From NCBI GenBank assembly GCA_950097015.1, contig CATNEN010000001.1, positions 14,446,001 through 14,510,000 of the forward strand: DNA of 64,000 bases. The letters are read 5' to 3'. The stretch is from Macrostomum hystrix. Its lineage: Eukaryota; Animalia; Platyhelminthes. This document shows, in pieces, positions 1 to 10,800 of the stretch. The translations under genes were made by a program, and so were the position numbers. Numbering within the stretch: position 1 is the stretch's first letter; every line of letters begins with the position of its first letter. The notes beneath the pieces were generated by a model, which saw nothing but the letters and a program-made list of their open reading frames with translations, was not told the origin of the DNA and did not search any database.

Positions 1-1
1 G

Positions 2-448
2 CTCGCCTCGGTGAGGGACACGACGCAGCCGCGGCGCAACCTGATGGAAGATCCGACCCGGCGAGTGCGGGACGCAGGCCGGCGGGCCAGCCTGGCGGAG
101 AGGCTGGCGACCCTGCCGGGCAAGCTGGATCACGCCAGCGTGGTCGCCTACGAAGTTGGCGTCTATCGTGGCGACGAGAACGAGCTGTACGAAGAGACGG
201 CCGCGCTGCGACCGGCCCTGCGTCGAGAGTCCGCCAGAGCTCGGGCCAGCGACCTAGACTCCGGCTGCGCGTCGGATCCCGACTGCTGGGCCGTTGGCTC
301 CGCAGCTCCGGGCACGTCGGCGGCTGCCGACGGAGGTCCGCGTTCTGCCAGTCATTCGTCGGAGCGCCGGTGCAGCTGCTCCTACGCACCCGACTCACTG
401 TCAGACATTGAATACGCCGACACAGACTCTGACTGTGTGATGGAGTGA
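2..448 (+). CDS. 3' end of a protein-coding gene that starts upstream of the window; product unknown
   Basis: GC-rich frame open from the window edge to TGA at 446-448, followed by an abrupt switch to AT-rich UTR-like sequence with AATAAA near 693 and 876; no domain recognised. Confidence 0.6.
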   Translation, partial: LASVRDTTQPRRNLMEDPTRRVRDAGRRASLAERLATLPGKLDHASVVAYEVGVYRGDENELYEETAALRPALRRESARARASDLDSGCASDPDCWAVGSAAPGTSAAADGGPRSASHSSERRCSCSYAPDSLSDIEYADTDSDCVME

Positions 449-1387
449 ATTCGGCCCGAAAAAAATCGGATTTGAGACTGCAGCATCCTCGTGTTCTGTA
501 GCTACTTTTAAAGAAAATGTTTCTTAAACATTCGCAATTTTCTCAGCATCCTACTAGCGCCATCGTTTCTCAGTAGTGCAGTAAGTGCGCGTGTGCTATT
601 TTTTGTGCTATTTTTTTCTTCTGTAGACGCTTGTTCAATTGTCGCTATTTTTTGTCTAGGCTTATTTCTGACAGCTTTTTATAGATTTTTGAAATAAAAA
701 AACTGGCTAGTAATTGTTCAACGTTGTCCGCTTCTTGGTGCTGATTGTCAACTTGTCATTGGCATGACCGCTTGTATGAGCCTCTCGTATCTAAGAGCTT
801 CACCAAGCTACACGCAGAGACGAAAACAGTTCACACTATAAATATAGTATTTATTTTAAGATTTTGGCTTTGTAAATAAAAATTTTTGCTTTTTATGTAC
901 TTTTTGTGTCCCTTCTGAGCATTGCGGTGTACTGACACCATATTGTTCTAAAAATTGTGTTTAAAATTGCTGTTCTCTCACGGTATTGTCTAGTCCATCA
1001 TCAGTTTTTTTGTGATCGAGAATCACACATTTCTAAATTTACATTCATTCTTTTTTACCTTGTAGCTGCTGGCTTTTATGCTGTGTAATCAGAACACTGA
1101 TATTATGGATTTGTCTGATGTAACCTTTTTCAGTTGATTGTGTCCTCATTTTAAAGAATCTTAAAGCCTTGTTTTTTGTTAAGTACGCCCGTACTCAAAG
1201 AATTTAGTGGTTTAAATACAAACTTTGCCACAAAAATGGTTTGTTTACTTCTGAAGAAATTCTTGTCGTGAAGAAAAACAAAAATTCACCGATATTTTTT
1301 GTTGCTTTTATTTCGTTGCTTTCAAACTTGACCGCCTCGCGCCTCGCTTTCCGGAAATTCTATTATAGGTACTTTTAGGAGACTTCG

Positions 1388-1530
1388 AGAGTGGCGGAGC
1401 GGACGTCCCTGAGCTCGAATCCGCGGCGAAGCCACATTTATTCCACAATGTCCGCGGCTAGGGCCCCTTAAGGGTGTACACTTGCCTGACAATGAGAAAT
1501 GCAGGGCAGATGTATGCACCCTGTGTGAGT
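1388..1530 (+). mobile_element. tRNA-headed SINE family A, internally deleted copy
   Basis: gagtggcggagcgg (A-box-like), gagctcgaatccgcggcgaagccacatt (B-box-like) and gtgtacac..gcctgac..tgagaa..cagggcagatgta match the other family A copies. Confidence 0.7.
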
Positions 1531-2406
1531 AGGGGCTCGGGATTCAGCAGAACGGGTATGAAATGGCGAAAAAGAAACCATCTTCCGTGATGGTAAAAAA
1601 ATAAAAAAAAAGTTGTGATTTGAAATGCCCCTATAGTCTTCCTATTGCTTGTTGTTAAAGCGAGAACTTTCAACAACACTGTGTGCTGTCTTGATATTAT
1701 TGCAGTGTCAGAAGGCGCGCCTCGAGACGCCACGTCGGCTAATATGTTGATTAGACAGCCGTTGTGGTCGCTGGCGACCCATTCGTCCAGTTCCCGCGTG
1801 TCCCGCGTCAACTAGACGCTCCAGGGTCTCTGTCAGCGTCCAGCGTCTGGAGCACCTCGGAGATCCGCGGACTGCAGTAGAGCACTCACGAAATTTCATA
1901 AGCCCAAACAATTTCGACTAAGCTTATTGTTGTCTAATTTGTTATTTGATTTCTGACCTTTAAGTTGTCAGCTAACGATGTCGACGTTAAGTCGAGACAA
2001 CTTTCCATGAAAAAAATAGGATAACTCAAAGTGACAGACTCGCTCCTGTTATAACTAATGTGACGTGGAGACTGTTATTCATCCTATTGTTCTATCGTGG
2101 ACTATTTTTGAGTTGTTGTTGCCTCGGCCAGGACTGCAGAGTAATTCTACATGTAGGATGTTTTCTTTCCAAGCTCTCAGGTGCTTGGCTGAGCTGTTTA
2201 CACAGCTTATCCCCCAGCACTCACTTTCATTTGAGCCCTCTCCGTCAACACGCCCTGTCTGTACGTCAACAGAATGGTTCCGGAACATTCATTAGCCGTT
2301 TTAGAGACTGCGGGATGGAAGGAAAAAAGTTCATGAAAAAGCAACTGGAGGCAATGCGACAAGCAGCGTTGACGTTGCTTGACAAGAATATCTCTTCCAC
2401 GGGGTT

Positions 2407-2521
2407 CTAGCCTTGTGTTTAGAGCGTCGGACTCAGGACTTGAAGGTCGTGGGTTCGATTTCCGACAATTGCTGCGGCTGTGCTGTCGGCTCCACATCTG
2501 GCTCATTGGGGCCGGTGTAGT
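2407..2521 (+). mobile_element. tRNA-headed SINE family B fragment
   Basis: tttagagcgtcggactca...ttgaaggtcgtgggttcgatttcc with B-box GGTTCGA; similar to 7958-8150 and 10085-10253. Confidence 0.6.
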
Positions 2522-2611
2522 CAATTAATTTTTATTACCATAAATCTGCACTGAATATCGGCTCATAATTCTAACTACGAGCTCGTAAGTAACGATAAAA
2601 CTGATAATAGA

Positions 2612-2918
2612 AATAATAATTGCAGGAGAGCTGCGGGCAATGGCACATCATTTGGTGACACAAGACCCACAGCCAGCGTAGAGGCAATTCTGCCCATTTC
2701 GCTGACTCCTGAGCACACGCACACAGGTGTGTACATCTGGCCTGACTTTCTCATCGTCAGGCAGTGTACACTCTCATACCTGAGAAGCCATCACTGTGCC
2801 TTGGAGGTTGGCTTAAATTACACGAATGAATGTGAATGTGGCCTCGCCGCGGAGTCGGGCTAGTGGACTTTGGTGCGAGAGGCAAACGGGTTAGACCACT
2901 CTGCCACTCACCCCCCCC
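2612..2918 (-). mobile_element. SINE family A, near full-length copy with internal deletion
   Basis: Matches 61731-62058; on the minus strand it reads tRNA-like head ggggtgagtggcagagtggtctaa ... body ... ctcctgcaattattatt tail. Confidence 0.8.
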
Positions 2919-3140
2919 CGATAATAATGATAATAGTATGGACGATCAGTTTGTCAGTTCTTCTTTTTATCAAATTCATGGCTAATACAATTGTAGGCCA
3001 CTCGATAATGTCGCTTAAATTGATCAACAACCGCCTTCACCTTAGACCAGCTGAAATCTTTTTAGACTCGAGAAGTTGAGGATTGATCCGCAGATCTCGA
3101 TCTGCGAGAGGCCTCTTGGCTATCGGCGCGATGAAGCCTA

Positions 3141-3160
3141 CTGATTGGCCAACCAATGAC
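3141..3160. promoter_or_regulatory. Pair of inverted CCAAT boxes about 300 bp upstream of the GPCR start codon
   Basis: ctgattggccaaccaatgac contains ATTGG and CCAAT; position upstream of ATG 3448; function is inferred. Confidence 0.3.
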
Positions 3161-3447
3161 TGCCAAGGAAATAGGGCGATGAAGGAGGCCCGTGAATTTT
3201 GAGACTGGGATGCCGACTGAGCACATTGGGGAACGAGGAGAAAAAAGAGGAAATGAAAGAAAGCTCACGACACGACGTCTCAGAGGCCGAGATCAAGAGA
3301 CGGACCTCATCAGCGGACTAGAGCAGGCGGAAGATAATTCAGTAGACCAAAGAAGCCGACACCGACTTTGGAATCGGATTCTCAGAGTTCAGAGAGAGAG
3401 AGAAGAAATTTCGCATTCTCCCTATTGAGTCGACTCAAACCGAAAGC

Positions 3448-5270
3448 ATGTCACCCTGGCAACAACCAGCTGCTTCGGCTGCGGTAAATTCGACAGCCGT
3501 TGCGGTCGCTGGCGACCCGTTCGACCTGTTCAAAGCGTACTTTCTGTCCTGGTTCATGCCGCTGCTGCTGCTCATCGGCTTCTGCGGCACAGCCATCAAT
3601 TTGATCATCTTGGTCAAGTGCCGTGTCTTCCAGAAGACAACCTCTGTGCTGTTCTCAGCTTTGGCCGTGGCGGACCTCATCAACCTGGTGTTTGCCGCCA
3701 GCTACCTGTACGTGTCCGTGTACTGGGATCTTGATCCCATGCAGTTGTCGGCCGTTGGTTGCAGGCTGGTGCCCTACCTGGAGGCTATTGGCTACTGGCT
3801 GTCACCTTGGATTCAGGTGTGTTTCGTGACTTGGGATTCAAACATTGTTTTAGAGTCCAATGAAATTTCCTTTTTTTATTTTTAAGTCGGTTATATTCAT
3901 ACGTAATTCTACATTGGCAACCCGTAAGTTGCAAATAATCTGATCTTACTTTCCTTTCGACAAGATTGACAAACAATTCAATCCCACAATTTGCAAATTA
4001 TCGACCGATTCTGAAGTTATTGTCCCACAATTCTAGCTTGAGATTCTACCATCCTATTTTACGAGTAAGATTCTACTATCCCAGTTTGGGATTCTACTAT
4101 CCCAGTTTGGGATTCTATCATCCCAGTTTGGGATTCTATCATCCCAGTTTGGGATTCTATCATCCCAGTTTGGGATTCTACTATCCCAGTTTGGGATTCT
4201 ATCTTCCCAGTTTTGGATTCTACTATCCCAGTTTGGGATTCTACTATCCCAGTTTGGGATTCTACTATCCCAGTTTGGGATTCTACTATCCCAGTTTGGG
4301 ATTCTATCATCCCAGTTTGGGATTCTACTATCCCAGTTTGGGATTCTATCATCCCAGTTTGGGATTCTATCATCCCAGTTTGGGATTCTATCATCCCAGT
4401 TTGGGATTCTACTATCCCAGTTTGGGATTCTATCTTCCCAGTTTGGGATTCTATCTTCCCAGTTTGGGATTGTGTCACATTCACGCAGCATATTAACACC
4501 CCCGGTTACATACAAGTATCTTCACGCCGGCGCTAAGTAGGCAAAAAAGTAACTTAAGGAAAATGTCACGCCTGAGACTGTTAGTCATTCTCACCCCTGA
4601 TGTCGCCCTCAGTTATAATGAGGATCTAAATTAAGCCAGAAATCTCATTGCGAATTCTCTTATCCAACTCTAGTTTGTCTCTTAGCTGACTCAGGGTAGA
4701 AGTGAAAATGAAAGCATCAACTGACTGGGTGAGGCCTGGTGAATCTATATTTCAGTGCATTCAGTCAAACAGATGCATTGACTGCACCGGAATACCTGCC
4801 AGTCGATATTTAACGACACAGAACAAAGCAGAAACCTGTGAGATCCATTGATTTTCTGCTGCGTGTCTGTTTCCGCGCGAACGGCTTTTATCGTCTTAAA
4901 ATGGATTTGCAGTTTAGAAAGCAATTTTCTATCTGGTTATCGATTTCTATTCTATCGTTCTCTTTTGATACCTTAGACGCTATTTGATACTATTTCGATA
5001 CATATCGACAGACACGAGGACACCCAGGACAGACAGACAGTCACCAGGACACCCAGGACAGACAGACAGACACGAGGACACTCAGGACACACAGACAGAC
5101 ACCAGGACACACAGACAGACACCAGGACACTCAGGACACACAGACAGACACCAGGACACACAGACAGACACCAGGACACACAGAAAGACAGACAGACACG
5201 AGGACACATAGACAGACACAAAGACACACAGGAAAGACAGACAGTCACCAGGACAGACAGACAGGCAGAC

Positions 5271-5307
<37 letters not shown>

Positions 5308-5545
5308 CCAGGACACACAGACAGACACCAGGACACTCAGGACACACAGACAGACACCAGGACACACAGACAGACACCAGGACACACAGACAGACACCAG
5401 GACACTCAGGACACACAGACAGACACCAGGACACACAGACAGACACCAGGACACACAGAAAGACAGACAGACACGAGGACACATAGACAGACACAAAGAC
5501 ACACAGGAAAGACAGACAGTCACCAGGACAGACAGACAGGCAGAC

Positions 5546-5581
<36 letters not shown>

Positions 5582-5607
5582 GCCAGGACACCCAGGACAA
5601 ACAGACG

Positions 5608-5639
<32 letters not shown>

Positions 5640-7854
5640 GTCAGACAGGCAGACAGACAGACAGTCAGACAGACAGTCAGACAGGTAGACAGACAGACAG
5701 ACGCCAGGACACCCAGGACAAACAGACGGAGAGACGGACAGACAGACACCCAGGACACCCAGGACAAACAGACGGAGAGACAGACAGACAGGTAGGAAAA
5801 TAGCCTTTCTGTCTAACGGCAAGATATTCGAAATGTCAAACAGGAATATGTTTCGCCAAGACGAATTAAGCACCGGCAGGTTAAATAATTTGTTTGATGT
5901 CGTGCAAATGTACAATTGTTTCAACAAATCATTTAATTTACGTAAAAATAGTGAAAATGAATTTACTAAATTGACAAGAAACAGAATTGTTAGTTAAATA
6001 GCAGAAAAATCATGAATCAATGGGGGATTGTTAGCAATATAAAGCATAGATATGAAGTAAAAAAAATAGGAAATTCCATTAATTTTTGCATATTGAATAG
6101 GCCTCGATAGTTTCGCTAGAATATATGCTTGTCCAGTGTCCATGCAGCATTTAAGCATCGAAAAAAATCAATGGTAATGAGTTACGAATGTCAGACAGTT
6201 TGTTTTGCTGACACGTCACGAAAAGCAGAAGCGCAATGAACACTATCAAAAAGGTGAAAGAGTAGAACTAAAATATACTCGAATATACTCACCTTGAGAC
6301 GAGCCTATTGAACTCTGGATTGGAGGGTAGAATAAAAACATAAATAATGTTTCGTAAACTACCATGACAATGATGGGATAGCTCGTAAAACTAAATTTAC
6401 ACCCATTAAATTAAAAAGTAGAAATTAAATTCCATACCAGAGCCTTAGGATTGCATCATATTCACCTAGTGATTTGTTATTGAATATGCTTTACGCTGCT
6501 GCGATCACATGTGCACAAAGCATCTCATCTTGTCTATTTTCCAAAGCTTCTCACCCGCGTTGAAAACTCAGAAAACTGTTCAACAGGTGATCGCGCTGGC
6601 CGTCGCGCGGTCAGCTTCCAGCGTGCTTGTCGGAGAAGCCGCCGCAGATGCAGACGAAGAGTCATTCTCAACGGAAGTCTCTGCCTGGGCACTGTGGCCG
6701 CTGCTGCCTATGCTACTGCGGAAGGTCATCGCCGAGAAGGCCTGACAGTCCTGCTCCGTTGCTGAGGCGACGCGCTGACAAATGCACGGGTTTGAGATCT
6801 CGGCGAAGCCGCTGTTGTTTGAACTCTTTGAACGGGAGATCAGCCTGCGCAGGGACTTGCTGCGCTTCTCGCGGTCCTTGACGGTGCGCCGCCGTTCCTT
6901 GCTGCTGGCGGATTCGAAGTCGGTCATGTTCTTGATGCGCTCGTTCAGTCGGCCGCTGAACTCCGTGGCCGAGTTCTGGTCGGTGAAGGCCAGGCCGAAC
7001 ACCGCTCCGCTGCTAGTTGAGTTGTCCGTGACAGTCTGGAAGTGTGTGCTCATCACCACATAGGTGGTCACGGAGTAGACCTGGAGATTCCACATGGGAA
7101 AGCAGGTGCCTAGGTGAGCCAGTATTAGTTCCGATTGGACAAACTTATTTGACGGCTCAAAGTTTGGCATGAGCAGTATTAGGGCGCTGGGTCCGAACAC
7201 TGACTTCCAGGTGGAGTCCTGCTTGGGCAGGTACTGGGAAATATGGTCGGCCTGTACTTTCTGGTAGAGCGACACCAGGCAGGGACAGACGAAACAGCTC
7301 GCTGTCTGGCTCGAGAATGTGATGCGAAGTCGTTCAACATCTTCTGGACTGAGCTTGACGCGCTCTTTCAACTCAGCCTGCTCGGTCAGATTGCGCTCCG
7401 TTACCTGGTTGAAGCTGAGCAGAGCATCCGGTGGATCTGAAGGAGAAACCATTTATGACGTGACAACTCACCTGCTTTTTAATAAATTCCGTCTTCGCAG
7501 TAAGACACTCTGATCGTTAATAGTTGTAAAACAGCGGGGGGTATTTCAAACTGACTATTGACTACTTCACGATATACTTCATGGCCATTGGCTGAATCTT
7601 TTCAAAGATACAGAAAAAAAGGAAAAAAATTGGGCATTTGAAATACCCGAGTGGTATTTCTATTGTGAAAGTTGGTTGTTGTTCACGGAAAAACTTCAAG
7701 GCTATGATTTACATGCAGACTTCGAGGCTAGAAAAGACTTTGCCGCAGCTAAGAGCAGGTAGAAAAAGCAGGTAATTCTAGAAATGCTGCTGATTACGGT
7801 GCGCTAATTATCTACTGCTTCAATGTATCAACTCCCAACATAGACGAGAAAAGG

Positions 7855-7888
<34 letters not shown>

Positions 7889-10800
7889 ACAGACAGCCCT
7901 TAGGGTTGCCTCTATTTAACCTTTCGATGATAGCGGAGGGGATTGCAACCTATAGGGATTGTTGCCTAGCGTTTAGAGCGTCAAGAACGACTTAAAGGTC
8001 GGGGTTTCGATTCCACTATCTTAAGCAAGGCACTTAACTCTGCATTGCTTCAATTTATCCAGCATTAGCTGGGGTAATTGAGGGTGGGTGTGGCGTCCCC
8101 CCAGTCCATGGACTGAACAGCCGTACGCCATTCAGATTCGCAGTGCAATAGCCCCAACGGACCACCACGGAAACCTCTAGTGTTGATAATTTCTATACTT
8201 AGGCCTTTAGAATGCTAAAATATACATCTCTGTGTCAGGCTGTGAAACTCGAGAAACTGCAGTCACTGGTCTTCATCCGATGCAAAGCGTTCAAGTTTGG
8301 CTTCTTCATCAACAAACAGATTTTAAATTCTAGGAACATATGTCAGATCGCACTTGCCCAGCATTTCCTGTCAGGGTTAGGCAAGTGTACCACCTTCACT
8401 TTCAGTTAAAATTTACCGATTTCAGTACATCATTTTCCAAGAGTGCCCTGCATGTCTGTGAGACTTTGATGCTTAATAAGTCCTTTTTCTAAAACTATAC
8501 ATAATTTATAATCATCCTCAATTTTTTTTACAGCGCATAAGCCATTAGGTCGATACTATGATTCGTCATTTTCACAGAAACTCAATGATAGTGGCACATG
8601 ATTTGGTGACACTAGACCCTCAGCCAGCGAGGAGGCAATTCTGCCCATTTCGCTGACTCCTGAGCACACACTCACACAGGTGTGTACGTCTGGCCTGACT
8701 TTCTCATCGTCAGGCAGTGTACACTCTCACTGTGCCTTGGAGGCTGGCCCTTAAGGGCGCAAACTGCACGACAAGCCCCCAAGCCTTCTCTCCGCGGCTG
8801 CGCCCCAAATGAATCTGGCCTCGCCGCGGAATCGAGCTCAGGGACCTTGGTGCGAGAGACAGACGCGTTAACCGTTTTAAAAGAAACTTATCAACCAACG
8901 CTAATTAAAATTTACAAATTAACAAATTAACAAAATGAGGTTTATATAATAAGAACTCACTCGTTGAGTCAGTAGCGGCCATGGCTGAACTATTTAACAG
9001 CAGCAGCTGAAAAGTTGTCAAAATATAATTAGCTCGTTAGTTCACCGGAGCGGATAGGAGGGGTCAGATGAAAGTTTTAACGATGCCCCGCTCCATGTAA
9101 GGTCTGAAGCTAATATGAAGATGCACTGGTACTGTTGGTATAGTGTGCCAGACTGTGCAGTTCAATGCTGCCAACGTGGCCAATGGCTTTGAGGTGCTGT
9201 CTGTTCCTAGGTCGGCACACTTGCGAACATCTGGGGGAGTCTATTGGTAGGCTGGGCGTACAGGACAGACAAGAGAGAGAGGGAGAGAGAGAATAAGATC
9301 TATCACAGCACAGGCTCATAGTGTGCCCGACTGCAATTCACTCTCTTTGCTACAAATTCGCTACAAAAAAGCAAAAATGTGAATTTCTCGCCTATAGCTT
9401 TCATACAGTTGGCAATTCTTAGACTAAATTGCGCGCCAATTAAATGCCTTATAAAGTAATTTTATTTGCAGGAGGGCTGCGGGCAATGGCACATCATTTG
9501 GTGACACTAGACCCGCAGCCAGCGAGGAGGCAATTCTGCCCATTTCGCTGACTCCTGAGCACACACGCACACAGGTGTGTACACTGGTGTGAATTTTCTC
9601 ATCGTCAGGCAGTGTACACTCTCACTGTGCCTTGGAGGTTGGCCCTCAAGCGCGTAAATTGCACGACAAGCCCGGAATCGAGCTCAGGGACCTTGGCGCG
9701 AAATGCACATGCATCGAGTGTCCTCTGCCACTCACCCCCATGCCTTTGCCTAAAGTTCTGTGTAATTGGGCAAGCAGAAAATTCATAAAGTTTGTTTTCG
9801 TGGCCTTATTTAATTGATGCAAGCCACTGGAAATACCTGATAAAATAGGCTTCAAATCACAGTTTATTTGCTACTGTTTACCATTTATGTCCTGCGTGCT
9901 GTTATCAAATGAATCTCTCCAGGCTGCCATTATTGTTTTGCTACAGGCCTAGGTGATGATACCAGTATGTAAGCGGTTGCTTCACACAGCTGGAATTGTG
10001 GAATCTGACACGCCAGACTGACTACTGTATCTTGCTGTCTTGACCCGTGTGCCAGCGGACAGGGGAGATAGCACACACATCCTCAGTTACCCCAGCTAAT
10101 GCTGGAACTAATTTAACAGCTGGATGATCCGAAGCAATGCAGAGTTGAACTGTTTTGCTATAAGACACAAAGTTTTCCAGTTGACTCAGGAATCGAACCC
10201 CCGACCTTCAAGTGGTGAGTCCGACACTCTAACCACTAGGCTAGGCTACAACAAACCAAATGAGTCTCTCCACGTGTTCGTGCTCAGCGACCTTGGTGCG
10301 AGAAGCAACTGCGTTAAGTGCCGTGTCCAGTCCAGATCGTAATAATTATCAATCGATCATAAAACGAATGAAATTAAATGCAGATAAAAAGTACAATGTT
10401 GATAATACCCAACATGGACACGTGCGAACGATATTAATCCTGATCAACAATTTCCAGTGTTAAAATTGGTTCCGTCTGGGATATCAGTTCAACATTCGCA
10501 AGTTGAACTTGGCCAAAGGCTTCTCTCCTTCGGGTTGGTTGGAAAGGATCAAATATGACATATCTGTAGCAATCAGACTGCTTAATCTGATGGGAATTTC
10601 TTGGGCGCTTAAAACTTAAAACTGTACATTTTACTTGGCTTTTTTCAATAAAATTTGAAATTATTCAATTACTTCTTCGATAAAAATAAATAATTCATTC
10701 CATGTATGTGAAATAATCAATTGATCAAGCTATCAATCATTAAATCAACCAAACTATCCATTGATTTATCTTTCGTTTCAATGACCAATCTAGGAAAAAA

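Noticed and set aside
2060-2410. 116-aa ORF with a hydrophobic start
   Set aside because: No ATG start, no recognisable domain, ends in a SINE fragment; cannot be supported as a gene
3966-5927. Periodic ORFs (LGFYYPS, CLSV), and likewise those at 10814-11674, 13817-14591, 40636-41107, 44343-45176, 46089-47042 and 55899-56177
   Set aside because: Translations of tandem repeats in multiple frames with no unique coding sequence
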